From Gemmatales bacterium (lineage in GTDB: Bacteria; Planctomycetota; Planctomycetia; Gemmatales; HRBIN36), in NCBI GenBank assembly GCA_039809045.1, contig JBDHUG010000001.1:1-64000 (forward strand): DNA of 64,000 nt. The letters run 5' to 3'. Position 1 is the first letter of the stretch, and each line of letters starts with the position of its first letter. Below the pieces are notes generated by a model that was given only the letters and a program-made list of their open reading frames with translations, was not told where the DNA came from and did not search any database. The translations under genes were made by a program, and so were the position numbers. Positions 47,246 through 58,000 of this stretch are shown here, piece after piece.

Positions 47246-48472
47246 TCAGCGCTGATAAATGGGCAGGTTTCCTTTATCTAATTGTAAGATGATGAGGTGC
47301 AAAGAGGTGGTGTACACGGGACCAATGTATCCTTGGCTCCAAGACCCATCAGCATTTTGGCGGCTTGCGATGTAATCGAAAATGATCGAGCGATAGCGAC
47401 TCCATTTCAGCAAAGCCGTTTTGCCAGACTGTTCGAGCTGTGCAAGATCGGGCCGCATTTTCGCGTGTCGATCCTCGCCTAAAATATAAATTACTTGTGA
47501 GTAATAAAAGTGGGTGTATTCCCAGTGGCCAAAACTGTCTCGGCCCGTTTTGTCGATCGGAATATGGCGTTGGCAGTAATTCAGCCATTTCAGTGCCTGC
47601 TCGTTTTGGTATTCGCCGGACGAGAACATGCAAGCAATGCCAGCGGCCGTCAATGGTGGCCGGATGTTGCTGCCGCCTTGCCGTAAACTATAAATCACGC
47701 CGGCTTCGTCCTTGAAAGGCTGACTGGCATGCCTGACGGATATCATGGTGCTTTTTTTCAGATAGTCGCTGGCTTTTTCAATGATTTCGCGAGCGACAGG
47801 GATGCCGGCATTTTTCGCCGCACGCAATGCCTGTAGTTGTGTGATGGTGACCGAACCTTCATCAAAGTCCGCGGCTCCCGAGTCGGCCGCGGATACATAG
47901 CCCCAGCCGCCCAGCTTCGTTTGTGCTTTGCCGATAAAATCCACGGCACCAGCCAAGACTTTTTCAAGCTCTTTTCGGCGCGATTCATCGCTCTCTTCAC
48001 CATACACCTGGGCCAAGAACAGAGTGGCAAAGCCATGGGCATACATATACCGGTGCTGTTCGCGTAAATCGCCTGGGTTGCCGATCTGTCCAGTTTTTTT
48101 CTGGTAACGATTGATTAGATAATCAACGGCATTTTCGATGTGACGCGCGAATTTGCCTTGGGTAATGGTGCTGCCCTCAGCAAGCAAAGCCAGACCAGCC
48201 AGTCCCGTCATGGCCACGGGATAATAGCCGTTCAACGCTTCCCAATGACCATCCCGAAATTGTTGCGTCGCCAACCATTCTAAGCCGCGATCAATCACGT
48301 CCTTGTATTTGGCCATGATGCGTTGTGTCTCGGCTTCTTGGTTGTTAACCGGGACCGGTGGCTTCTGCTGACTTGCTAGCGTATCGTGAAGGCCAACCAA
48401 CAGTGCCAAAACAACCATCATTCTCATGCGGGTCCCCATGCGAGCAAGCCCCTTGCCGTGTACTTCAAGCAT
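47246..48472 (-). CDS. Secreted alpha/alpha-toroid protein (prenyltransferase/squalene-oxidase repeat family), paralogue B
   Basis: Same architecture and conserved blocks as 45977-47167 (DGHWEA..., GFATLFL.QVYGEESDE, FIGKAQTKLGGWGY, SWS...GPVYTT.L.LI..QLDKGN.PIYQR). It is a tandem duplicate. The start codon is uncertain; there are several in-frame Met residues. Confidence 0.7.
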   Translation of the reverse strand: MLEVHGKGLARMGTRMRMMVVLALLVGLHDTLASQQKPPVPVNNQEAETQRIMAKYKDVIDRGLEWLATQQFRDGHWEALNGYYPVAMTGLAGLALLAEGSTITQGKFARHIENAVDYLINRYQKKTGQIGNPGDLREQHRYMYAHGFATLFLAQVYGEESDESRRKELEKVLAGAVDFIGKAQTKLGGWGYVSAADSGAADFDEGSVTITQLQALRAAKNAGIPVAREIIEKASDYLKKSTMISVRHASQPFKDEAGVIYSLRQGGSNIRPPLTAAGIACMFSSGEYQNEQALKWLNYCQRHIPIDKTGRDSFGHWEYTHFYYSQVIYILGEDRHAKMRPDLAQLEQSGKTALLKWSRYRSIIFDYIASRQNADGSWSQGYIGPVYTTSLHLIILQLDKGNLPIYQR

Positions 48473-48501
48473 TTGCGCTGGCTAAGACAACCGGTGCTTT
48501 C

Positions 48502-51500
48502 TTACTTGATGTTAGGTTCTTGTCTGAGCTGAAACGGAATTCGAAATGGTTGGCCGATCAACTCAACGCGTCCTGCATTGGCATCAATTTTGATGTCGTA
48601 GAGTGAGGAGATCATGTTGCTGGCATACGGCTCCTCGGCCGGGGAACCATCATATTTTTCTACGAATCGACCGTCCCTTTTATCTAATGCTTGCACCCTG
48701 GTCATATAGGTCACCCCCACGACCATGTTGCGACGATTACCCTGGGGCTGCTGCGTTTCTTCTTGCGTTTGGGAATACATGAGCAGCATGGGTAAATCAT
48801 CGAATCGATCGATGATCAACTGTTGATTCTTTATTTGGCGTTGCCAGCGGATCTGGCCGGTCTCTTTGCTAATCGCATACACCATGCCGTGCACGGGGAC
48901 GGTGTTCAACTCAGCCACCTGATACTGCATGACCATGCGTTGTCTGCGGCCCACGATAAACATGGGTGGGTTGGCGGGCGCTCTGCTTTCTTTCGTCTCG
49001 ATGCCGCCGCTTTCCTGCACCACGCAATACCAGTGCATGGGGTCTGCCACAAGGGAGACTTCTTTCAGATTGATCAGATCCTCCTGGCGCAAGCGTGTTT
49101 TCAATACGGGCTTGCCGGTTCTGGTTTCCAAAACAATCAACCGCCCATCCCGTTCGATGCCCCCAACGTAATGGGATTCCAAGGAGTTGAGAATGATACC
49201 TTTGATGCCGAAAGAGAAGCTCCAAACATCTTTGGCCGCGACGGGGTCGAACAGTTTTAAAAGCTGTTCATTCTGCTCGGTGGTTTCTTTCAAGAGCAAG
49301 AAGCGATCAATAATCGCCAGGTTCTCGTCATAAGCCCGGCTAAAATTTGGGATGGTCATCGCCGAACCATCGATAGTGCGAATGGCTGTAGTCAGACCTT
49401 GCTTGCGCATGGTTTTTTCAGGGATGACATGCAGATATTGACCATCGCCAATGATGTCATCGCTGGTCTTGACACCCGAGCGAACCCAGCGTTCCTGGCC
49501 TGTGAGTGGGTCGAACATGACCAGACCGCGATCACGGATGCTCATCACGATACCTTGAGGATGAACCAAACCCACCGTGCCCAGAGTTTCGGACATGCCG
49601 TTGGTCATCAAAAGCGAGAAGCGTCCATTCGGCAATAAATGGATGGCATTTTGCTGATAACCGTTGCCATACTGGTTGCTGCCAAAATCGTAACCGCCCA
49701 GCAGGTCGGTGCTCCACAGGGATTTTTTGAATAAGGCGTCGTAAACGTGAACGCTGTTGGTCCATTGGAAAATGATCAAGGGGCCGCATACCTGAAACGT
49801 TCGCGCCCGGGTGCTGGGAGGCACGAAGCCGTTGGTTGAAACGGCCAACGTGCGAATCGTTTCATCGGTAAATCGATCGATCACGCGGGCCGTGCGTTGA
49901 TTGGAATCGATGCTAATTTGCAAACGATCGATGCTGGGCGGAACCTGTGCGGGAGCCTGAAACCATTGCAAGGTAGAAGTCATGCTGGCAGAGGCTGGCA
50001 GCCCTTGCGGTTGCAACATTTCAATGTGGTGATAGCTGTGCCCGAGCAAACCTCGACGTGCTCCTTCAGGTACGGAGAAATAGGGTAAAAAGCGTTTGTC
50101 TGTAGCCAACTCCAGGAACAGTTCTTCGCCGGTTTTCCCATCCCTGATGACCAGTTTCGGGTAATGCAGTGCTAAAAGCTGATAAAAGTGCACGACGTTT
50201 TCCAAAGCATCCTGTTGACCCAACAGAAGATAGATACGTGCTTGGGCTTCAATGCTCTTGGCGACTCGAAGCGGCTTGGGGTCGTCCCTGAGGGTCATCA
50301 GACGCAGATAAGCCTCACGCAGGGCTTTCTCTTCTTTCGATGCTATCAGTTTTTCAGCCAGCTCCAGTTGAGCTTCACGCCCCTGATCACACAAGGTGCC
50401 AAAAAAGTCGGCAAATTCACGCCATTGATCCAAATGGTTGGATGGAACAATTTTGGCCCATTCCTTTTGGATTTGTTGTTCGAGGGTCGAACGCTGCTCA
50501 GGCGTTGCTCGTTTGAATAACAGATCGAGCTGACCTTGTGCATAAGCTTGAGGCGTAATGAGCAAAGAGGGATCGTCTGGACTTGGTATGAGTTTGTTGC
50601 TTAAGCTGCTGAAAGACTGATAGGCCGCCATGACATCAAGCAGACGCCCTTGCGCTAAGCGGCCGCGTGCAACCAGTCTGAGCCAGCGCGCTTTACGGTC
50701 CAGCTGCTCCTGCTCTCGTTGAGTTTTTTGCGGGTCGGATTCTTCTTTGGGAATCTCCATGGTGACGAGCTGTTCCAGTTCCGGCAGCAACTTTTCATTG
50801 TTGATGAAATCTTTATCCAGGGTCTCATAAAGGGCATCGAAGAGCTTTTCCCGAGCCATGGCCTTCTCGGCAGGCCCGATCGAAGCAAACGTTAGCGCTT
50901 TGCGAAGATCCGTTACGGCATCAGGGAGTAAACCGCGATAGAGTCGCATTTCGCCACGCAAAGCCAAAGCGCCGGCGTCTTCGGGGTTTTTGTCCAAGCG
51001 AGCGGTAATCTCACGTTCGCGAGCATCCAATTGTGGATAGGCCACGATCGTCAGCGGACTTTGGGATATCATTTCCCCGCCATGGAAGATCAAATTGCCA
51101 GGGACTTCCAACTTTGAACGACTGCGGGCCAGTAGCTTGCCGGAGCGAACGTCAATCGACCAAACCTCACCCCCATCACTGCTCTTCAGATCGCCTGCTT
51201 TGACGGGTAAATAGTAAACAAACTGACTAGCGATGCCGCGACCACTCGGTACGCCCGTGGGCAAGTTCCAGCGGACTGCTCCGGTTTTCAAGTCCAGGGC
51301 ACGCGTTTGCCTTTGGCCGACGATTAAAACGTTGCCCGAATAAATGCCTGCCAGATAGAGGTCCAGGTCGTTGGTTTCCCGACGGCGTTCTTGGCGCCAA
51401 ACCAAGGAACCATCCCTCAGATTGATGGCGTGAATGACATTTTCATCGGGGGGAGTGATGATGACGATACCGTCTTGAATCATCGGCCCTGCAACCGCCC

Positions 51501-53493
51501 AGGGGGGCGGCAAATGGCTGCTGCCGCCGCGCTGGTCCCGGGCCATGTTGGGCATGGGGCCTTGGAATTGATTCATCATATTGGCCGTGCTCGTTGTTTC
51601 CGGACGCAAATAGGGGTGGGCCCACAGCAGCGACCGCGTCAATAAATCAACACCAACGACCACGCCTGCATTGGTTGGGCATATCAAGATACCATCTGAA
51701 TACGAAAGCATGGCTGCCCATGAACGCCGGCCTGGCTCATCCATCATGCGTTTGTTGACCAGGCACAAAGGTTGTGACCAAACCAGCTCGGGACTATAGA
51801 GAAAGCGATTTTGCTCCGTACTCCACGATCGCTGATTCTGCATGCACATCAGGCGAATTTCACCGTTGACCTCGGCCATGACATACAGCTTGTCACCCAA
51901 AGGCAATGGCGGCCCAAGGAAATACGTGTCAGCAAAAGGTGGCTGTCCTTCAGCGTTGCCGATCATCCACACGATGCGGCCATCGATGGCCAGATCCCGC
52001 GCCACCAGCACATTGTGGTAGTACCATTTGCTCAATCCTTGGTTGCCACGTAGCCCTTGGTTGGGGCGGTTGAATCCTTCGTAATTGAGATTCAAAGGCG
52101 GCAGGGCCAGGTCCTCCACGGCATAGACCAAGGTTTGATCGGTGCTCAGTGTTCCCACCATCGAGTTGTCAAACAGCATCCAAGGCATGTTGTCGCGATA
52201 ATAGTAAAGCCAGCTCGACACCAAATTGTTGCTGGTCATGCTCGTGCTGCACAGCATGCTTAAGTTGGCGTCGGATCGGCTTTCCCATGCCAGCTGACCG
52301 GTCTTGATGTTAACGGCATGCACACCCCAGGTGCTGCGATAGATCAAGAGATCACCCACGGCCAAGGGATGTGAACCGCCAATGGCTGGCCGATTGAATT
52401 GATTCGTTTGTCGTTTGATCGCCTGTTCCAACCAAGCACGCGAAGGGTCGTTGGCGGTCTTGCCCTTGATTTCACGCGTGGTGTCTATCGGATATCCGCG
52501 CAGCGGTTCGAGATACGGCGTGCTGCCGATGCCCTGGGCCGTTCGATTGGGTGCTCCCAAAAAGAGCGTCCAGTCCCGGCGCATGTCGGCGCGCACAGCA
52601 TCGTAAGTTGTAGGATGTAAACTGGCCCGTAGTTGTTCAGGATTCATTTTGCGAAGGTAGTCGGGCAACCCTGGACTTGCATTCTCTTTTAGTCGGCTGA
52701 GCAGCACAGCCCAGACTTCATCAAAACGGGTTTGATCGCCTGAACGTTCCAGCGCCAGGGCCGTACGGTACAACTGCAAGGGCGTCAGATTACGCAAGCC
52801 GCCATTGCGTTCAATTAAACGATCAAAGCAAAGAGATGCCACGATGAACTGGCCTTGGTCCAGGTGATATGAGCCTAGTAGGGCAGCAGCTTCGGCACCG
52901 GCTTCGGTGTGTAAATAACGCAAAGCCACTTCGGCGTAGATTTGCGGATCACCTGTTGCCTGGCCTTTACGCAACAAGCCGCGGGCCGTCACGCCATATT
53001 CCTGTTCGTAGAATTGTTTGCCTTCCTTGGGCAGACTGCCCAACAAACGATTGGCTTCCGCACGCACACTGATGCGGCGCGCTCCTTGATCTTGCAAGAA
53101 GACATCCTCTTTCGAGTCAAGCAATGATTGCAGCAAGCGGATGGCGTTTGTCCAATCTTGGGCTGCGATGCGTCGCTGCGCTTCATCGAGACGACGCTTG
53201 GCCCGCGGGTCCACGGGAAGTTTGACATTGCTGGTGAATTGATCTCCGTCCAGTTGGCCGGTTGGATTGCCACCTAGCAAGCGTTGGATGAGCGGTATAC
53301 CCGGCAACCATTGGGGTTGACCTGGATTGGGCGGTTGGCCTTGCGCCGGCATCGGTGGTGGTGGTGCGACCGCTGGTGCGGCTGGCTGAATTTTTACCTG
53401 CTGGGCTGGCGAGGTGGCCATCCCGAAAGTCAACCAACTGCCCAGCAACAGCATCTGGACTAACAATACCAAGCCGAGCCGTGTGTGGGGCAT
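48502..53493 (-). CDS. Giant secreted protein (1663 aa) with PQQ-type beta-propeller repeats and TPR-like helical regions
   Basis: A signal peptide (MPHTRLGLVLLVQMLLLGSWLTFGMA) and a Pro-rich spacer, then several blocks with the PQQ/BamB-like pattern (DG.VYV..DGKL.A.DL.TG..LW...). These are interspersed with TPR-like helical segments. Confidence 0.8.
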   Translation of the reverse strand: MPHTRLGLVLLVQMLLLGSWLTFGMATSPAQQVKIQPAAPAVAPPPPMPAQGQPPNPGQPQWLPGIPLIQRLLGGNPTGQLDGDQFTSNVKLPVDPRAKRRLDEAQRRIAAQDWTNAIRLLQSLLDSKEDVFLQDQGARRISVRAEANRLLGSLPKEGKQFYEQEYGVTARGLLRKGQATGDPQIYAEVALRYLHTEAGAEAAALLGSYHLDQGQFIVASLCFDRLIERNGGLRNLTPLQLYRTALALERSGDQTRFDEVWAVLLSRLKENASPGLPDYLRKMNPEQLRASLHPTTYDAVRADMRRDWTLFLGAPNRTAQGIGSTPYLEPLRGYPIDTTREIKGKTANDPSRAWLEQAIKRQTNQFNRPAIGGSHPLAVGDLLIYRSTWGVHAVNIKTGQLAWESRSDANLSMLCSTSMTSNNLVSSWLYYYRDNMPWMLFDNSMVGTLSTDQTLVYAVEDLALPPLNLNYEGFNRPNQGLRGNQGLSKWYYHNVLVARDLAIDGRIVWMIGNAEGQPPFADTYFLGPPLPLGDKLYVMAEVNGEIRLMCMQNQRSWSTEQNRFLYSPELVWSQPLCLVNKRMMDEPGRRSWAAMLSYSDGILICPTNAGVVVGVDLLTRSLLWAHPYLRPETTSTANMMNQFQGPMPNMARDQRGGSSHLPPPWAVAGPMIQDGIVIITPPDENVIHAINLRDGSLVWRQERRRETNDLDLYLAGIYSGNVLIVGQRQTRALDLKTGAVRWNLPTGVPSGRGIASQFVYYLPVKAGDLKSSDGGEVWSIDVRSGKLLARSRSKLEVPGNLIFHGGEMISQSPLTIVAYPQLDAREREITARLDKNPEDAGALALRGEMRLYRGLLPDAVTDLRKALTFASIGPAEKAMAREKLFDALYETLDKDFINNEKLLPELEQLVTMEIPKEESDPQKTQREQEQLDRKARWLRLVARGRLAQGRLLDVMAAYQSFSSLSNKLIPSPDDPSLLITPQAYAQGQLDLLFKRATPEQRSTLEQQIQKEWAKIVPSNHLDQWREFADFFGTLCDQGREAQLELAEKLIASKEEKALREAYLRLMTLRDDPKPLRVAKSIEAQARIYLLLGQQDALENVVHFYQLLALHYPKLVIRDGKTGEELFLELATDKRFLPYFSVPEGARRGLLGHSYHHIEMLQPQGLPASASMTSTLQWFQAPAQVPPSIDRLQISIDSNQRTARVIDRFTDETIRTLAVSTNGFVPPSTRARTFQVCGPLIIFQWTNSVHVYDALFKKSLWSTDLLGGYDFGSNQYGNGYQQNAIHLLPNGRFSLLMTNGMSETLGTVGLVHPQGIVMSIRDRGLVMFDPLTGQERWVRSGVKTSDDIIGDGQYLHVIPEKTMRKQGLTTAIRTIDGSAMTIPNFSRAYDENLAIIDRFLLLKETTEQNEQLLKLFDPVAAKDVWSFSFGIKGIILNSLESHYVGGIERDGRLIVLETRTGKPVLKTRLRQEDLINLKEVSLVADPMHWYCVVQESGGIETKESRAPANPPMFIVGRRQRMVMQYQVAELNTVPVHGMVYAISKETGQIRWQRQIKNQQLIIDRFDDLPMLLMYSQTQEETQQPQGNRRNMVVGVTYMTRVQALDKRDGRFVEKYDGSPAEEPYASNMISSLYDIKIDANAGRVELIGQPFRIPFQLRQEPNIK

Positions 53494-53936
53494 GAGCGGT
53501 TCCTCAAAGCCGTCGGGCGCAATTGCAAGGCGATTCTGGCTTTAATGCGTTTAAGCCACAAAACCTGTTGCATTATTGCTGCACCAGCAAAGGCCACCAT
53601 TCTGGCAGCCATCATAAACCGAATGATCCAAAGCGCCAAGCGAAGCCGGTCCCTTGGTGACCAATCTGTTACATTCGATTTCCACTATCTATCTAATTGT
53701 ATGCTGTGTTTTACTCAAACAACATAGTTGAGCTTATGGTCAAGACGAATAACCGCCTTTGCACGATTGATATCTGAGAACCAAATGAAAACCCATGGAC
53801 CTGTGTTAGCGATGGACCAGGCAGATAGGAGGTATCGCGATTGGATTCAATTAACTCGACAAATGAGATTTCAGCATTTAGGATAGTGAATCAATGGCTG
53901 GTATAGCTAACCCTCTTACAGGATCTGGTACGGATC

Positions 53937-55109
53937 ATGCCGAAGCCTGCATCCAAGCCAGGATCGGATCACAAAACCCAAAACCCGGAACCGGCGGGTT
54001 TGCCCACGGATTGGTCTTTTCTTGCACCTCCACAGAAGCCCGGCGAGCTTGGTCGGTTTGCGCACTATCGCATTTTCCATTTGCTGGGCACGGGTGGAAT
54101 GAGTCTGGTCTTCCTGGCCGAAGATGTGCGGTATCATCGAAAAATTGCCTTGAAAGTTCTAAAGCCTGAGTTTGTGTCCGACGAAGACGCTCGGCCACGC
54201 TTCGTTCGTGAAGCCCAACTGACGGCCAAGATCAAGCACGATCATATCATTACCATTCATGAAGTTGGTCAAGTGGGCGACTTACCTTTCATTGCCATGG
54301 AGTATTTCGATGGCGTGATGTTGGCAGAATGGATGGAAGCGAATCCGCATCCTCCCATCCGGACGGTGCTTGCCTTGGCTAAAGATATCGCCAGTGGGTT
54401 GTCGGCTGCTCATGCCAATGGGTTGATCCATCGCGATATCAAGCCGACCAATATCATGATCAACGAAGCGACCGGCCAGGTGAAAATCCTCGACTTTGGC
54501 CTGGCCCGGGCAATCAAGCCGGACGTGTCCCTGACGCGCAAAGGCTTCATCGTCGGCACGCCAGCCTTCATGTCGCCTGAACAGGCACGTGGCGGACAAC
54601 TGGACCATCGTTCTGATTTGTTCAGTTTCGGCATCCTGCTCTATTTGATGTGTACGGGCAAGCTGCCCTTTCATGGACAAAATCCACTTGAGATTTTGAC
54701 TAATCTCTGTACCGAACATCCTAAACCCGTCCATGAACGCAATCATACGGTTCCGTTTGCGATGTCAGAGTTGATAGCTAGGTTGTTGGGCAAAAAAAGA
54801 GAACAGCGACCTTCGTTTGCGGCGGAAGTTATTGCATCGCTCGAGCAGATTGAGCAGGAGATGACGCGTGCGGAAGGCATGTTGGAGATCCAGGAAAACA
54901 ACGATACGCTCATCACACCCTTGCCTAGCCGTCGAACCGATCCGAATCTGGCCCAGGCATTGCTTCAAGCACCCCCTATGCTTCGCCCCATCGCTATGAC
55001 CCAAACCTGGAAAACGCGGTTGTGGCTGTATGTGGGCATTCCATTGTTATTCGCCTTAATCTTCTATGGTTTGTTGTTGTTTGGTTGGTGGCTATTGCGC
55101 GCGAGTTGA
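53937..55109 (+). CDS. Tail-anchored Ser/Thr protein kinase
   Basis: G-loop LGTGGMSLVFLAED, then IALKVL, HRDIKPTN, DFG and SPE. A single C-terminal TM helix (LWLYVGIPLLFALIFYGLLLFGWWLL). Confidence 0.85.
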   Translation: MPKPASKPGSDHKTQNPEPAGLPTDWSFLAPPQKPGELGRFAHYRIFHLLGTGGMSLVFLAEDVRYHRKIALKVLKPEFVSDEDARPRFVREAQLTAKIKHDHIITIHEVGQVGDLPFIAMEYFDGVMLAEWMEANPHPPIRTVLALAKDIASGLSAAHANGLIHRDIKPTNIMINEATGQVKILDFGLARAIKPDVSLTRKGFIVGTPAFMSPEQARGGQLDHRSDLFSFGILLYLMCTGKLPFHGQNPLEILTNLCTEHPKPVHERNHTVPFAMSELIARLLGKKREQRPSFAAEVIASLEQIEQEMTRAEGMLEIQENNDTLITPLPSRRTDPNLAQALLQAPPMLRPIAMTQTWKTRLWLYVGIPLLFALIFYGLLLFGWWLLRAS

Positions 55110-55276
55110 CACATTGACTGTCGGTGAACAACTTGAAGGAATATGCAGGCGAGGACTGCATGTTCAAAAATAAGAACTGCAAGTGCAAACCTTTAGCCAG
55201 CTTGCTTCGTCGGATGTTTGCAGGGATCCATTGCTCAAACCATCAATATCAAGGCAACTCTAACGACGAGGATCAA

Positions 55277-56524
55277 ATGAAACCTTATGCTTTGCTGTCA
55301 TTGTCCATCGGCCTCTGTGGTTGGATGATGGCTGTCACCCATGCGGATGAAAAACCCAAAATGCCCATTAACGATCTCAAAGCCGTGGCGCACGGCAACA
55401 ACGCGTTTGCCTTCGATCTTTATGCTAAATTAGGCAAGGCCCCGAAAAACCTGTTTTATTCGCCGTCGAGTTTGAGCACTGCTCTGGCGATGTGTTATGG
55501 CGGAGCTCGCGGCTCAACCGCCCAAGAGATGGCCAAGGTGCTTCATTTCTCCATGGCCCAGAATCAACTGCATCCCGCAATCGCACAGCTCTCGCAGTTA
55601 TTGACGACACCAAGCAAGCCTAGCTTGTATCAACTGAGCATAGCCAATGCACTCTGGCTGCAACAAGACGCCAAACTCGAGGACGCCTATGTCGAGTCAA
55701 TGAAGCAGAATTATGGTGCTGGCATCCAGCTTGTGGATTACAAGACCAAAGCCGAACAGGCACGCTTGACCATCAACCAATGGGTGGAGGAACGAACGCA
55801 GAATAAAATCAAGGATCTGATCAAACCCGGCATGTTGGATGCCGAAATGCGCCTGGTGCTGACCAACGCCATCTACTTCCTCGGGGATTGGGCATCGCCT
55901 TTCGAAAAAGATGCGACCTACGCACAAGATTTTCATCTGGCCAGCGGCAAAATGATGCAAACCGACATGATGCATCAAACATCACACATGCTTTACATGG
56001 AAAATGATCAGGTGCAAGTATTGGAAAAAGATTACCGAGGCAGTGATTTGTCAATGGTCATGATCCTGCCCAAAAAGCAAGGCGCCTTAACGGACATCGA
56101 GCGTCAATGGAACGTGAAGCAGTATGATGAATGGCTCAGCCAGTTGCGCTTGACTCGAATCGCCTTGAGCCTGCCCAAGTTCACGATGAATACGGAGTAT
56201 GAGCTCAGCAAAGTGCTGCCGGAGATGGGAATGCCCTTGGCGTTTTCGAATCAAGCCGATTTTTCAGGGATGAGTACGAGCGAGCCGTTTAAAATCGGCT
56301 TTGTCATTCATAAAGCGTTTGTCAAGGTGGATGAAAAGGGAACGGAAGCAGCTGCAGCCACGGCCATTGGCATGAGGTTGGCAGGCGCGCCGATCATGGA
56401 AAAGCCCATTGAGTTTACGGCTGACCATCCCTTCATTGTCATCCTTCGCGACAAGCGCACGGGAACGATCTTATTCATGGGTCGCGTGATGGAGCCCTCG
56501 GCTGCCGTTGCTAAAGGCAAGTAG
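55277..56524 (+). CDS. Secreted serpin (serine-protease inhibitor family), copy 1
   Basis: A signal peptide, a serpin core (NLFYSPSSLSTALAMCYGGARGSTAQEMAKVLHF) and an inhibitory-type hinge/RCL (EKGTEAAAATAIGMRLAGAPIMEKPIEFTADHPF). The start is MKPYALL (55277), within the ORF that begins at 55124. Confidence 0.85.
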   Translation: MKPYALLSLSIGLCGWMMAVTHADEKPKMPINDLKAVAHGNNAFAFDLYAKLGKAPKNLFYSPSSLSTALAMCYGGARGSTAQEMAKVLHFSMAQNQLHPAIAQLSQLLTTPSKPSLYQLSIANALWLQQDAKLEDAYVESMKQNYGAGIQLVDYKTKAEQARLTINQWVEERTQNKIKDLIKPGMLDAEMRLVLTNAIYFLGDWASPFEKDATYAQDFHLASGKMMQTDMMHQTSHMLYMENDQVQVLEKDYRGSDLSMVMILPKKQGALTDIERQWNVKQYDEWLSQLRLTRIALSLPKFTMNTEYELSKVLPEMGMPLAFSNQADFSGMSTSEPFKIGFVIHKAFVKVDEKGTEAAAATAIGMRLAGAPIMEKPIEFTADHPFIVILRDKRTGTILFMGRVMEPSAAVAKGK

Positions 56525-56674
56525 ATGGCATATCACTCAAGCTCATCAACCATAAAGGTCGATGAGCTTTTCTTTTTCAGCGTCCATGGCCGCTGAGGGG
56601 CTACGCTACGTGCAAACATGGTTGATGACACAACCAATTGCAATCACCCTCAAATCAGAAGGTTGAGCAAGCAT

Positions 56675-57913
56675 ATGAAACACTTCAGTTGGACTCTGCT
56701 TGGTTTGTACTGGATAGGGCTAACCACGGCTTGGTGCCGATTTGACCGACCAATACCCTATGCCACCCAGCATTCGCAGACGGTTGCCCAAGCGAATAAC
56801 ACGTTTGCCTTTGATTTGTATGCCAGAGTTCACAATACCAATGGCAACGTCTTTTACTCACCTTCCAGTTTGAGCACAGCCTTGGCGATGACTTATGGTG
56901 GTGCACGCGGGACAACGGCTCAGGAAATGGCCAAGGTTCTCCATTTTTCATTGGCTCCGGAGCAACTGCATCCCGCCATGGCACAATGGTCGCAGCAGTT
57001 GATCACGCCGAGCAAAGCCGGTAATTATCAACTGAGCTTGGCCAATGCCATTTGGCTGCAAAGCGGAGCGCCTTTTGAACAAGCCTATTTAGACACGATG
57101 CAAAAGTATTATGGCACGAGCTTACAGCTTGTGAATTTCAAAACGCAGTTCGAGCAGGCGCGCTTGTCGATCAATGCATGGGTGGCTGAACGAACGGAAA
57201 AGAAAATCTTGAACTTGATCAAACCAGGCATGTTGTCGGACGAAACCCGGCTCGTGCTTACCAATGCGTTGTATTTCCTGAGTGATTGGGCCGATCCTTT
57301 TGAGAAGAACGCCACGTATCCGCAAGACTTCCATTTGCAGGATGGCCAAAAGATGAAAGTGGACATGATGCACCAAACGCAACCCATGCAATACATGGAA
57401 ACGAGTGACGTACAAGTCTTAGAAAAAGACTATAAGGGTAACGATCTGTCGATGGTGTTCATCCTGCCCAAAAAGAAAGGTGCATTGAGCCAATTGAGTG
57501 CGACATGGAATAACACGGTGTACGAACAATGGGTTAGCAAGTTGCAAACTAGAAAGGTCGAAGTTTGCCTCCCGAAATTCACCTTCAACACCGAATATGA
57601 GATGAGCAAAGTGTTGGCGGCAATGGGCATGCCGTTGGCCTTTTCGGATCAGGCCGATTTTTCCGGGATCAGTCGGAGTATGCCGCTTACGATCAGCCAC
57701 GTCGTCCATCAAGCATTCGTGCGTGTTGATGAAAAGGGTACCGAAGCGGCGGCAGCCACGGCGGTAATTATGAAGGAAGTCAGTGCCTTTGTCGAACCGC
57801 CATTGGTCTTCAATGCGGATCATCCCTTCATGGTGATCCTCCGCGATAAACGCAGCGGAAGCATTTTGTTTATGGGCTGCGTCAAGGAGCCCGCGGCCAG
57901 CCAAGGGAAATGA
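56675..57913 (+). CDS. Secreted serpin, copy 2 (tandem paralogue)
   Basis: Same conserved blocks with a different RCL (EKGTEAAAATAVIMKEVSAFVEPPLVFNADHPF). It has a signal peptide. The start is MKHFSWT (56675). Confidence 0.85.
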   Translation: MKHFSWTLLGLYWIGLTTAWCRFDRPIPYATQHSQTVAQANNTFAFDLYARVHNTNGNVFYSPSSLSTALAMTYGGARGTTAQEMAKVLHFSLAPEQLHPAMAQWSQQLITPSKAGNYQLSLANAIWLQSGAPFEQAYLDTMQKYYGTSLQLVNFKTQFEQARLSINAWVAERTEKKILNLIKPGMLSDETRLVLTNALYFLSDWADPFEKNATYPQDFHLQDGQKMKVDMMHQTQPMQYMETSDVQVLEKDYKGNDLSMVFILPKKKGALSQLSATWNNTVYEQWVSKLQTRKVEVCLPKFTFNTEYEMSKVLAAMGMPLAFSDQADFSGISRSMPLTISHVVHQAFVRVDEKGTEAAAATAVIMKEVSAFVEPPLVFNADHPFMVILRDKRSGSILFMGCVKEPAASQGK

Positions 57914-58000
57914 ACACTAGGCTCATGAATCGATTTTTGTAGGACCAGGTTCAGCAGAGTCACGCGGTTTGGGGCGTTATTGGCCAATGATGCCTGTCCA

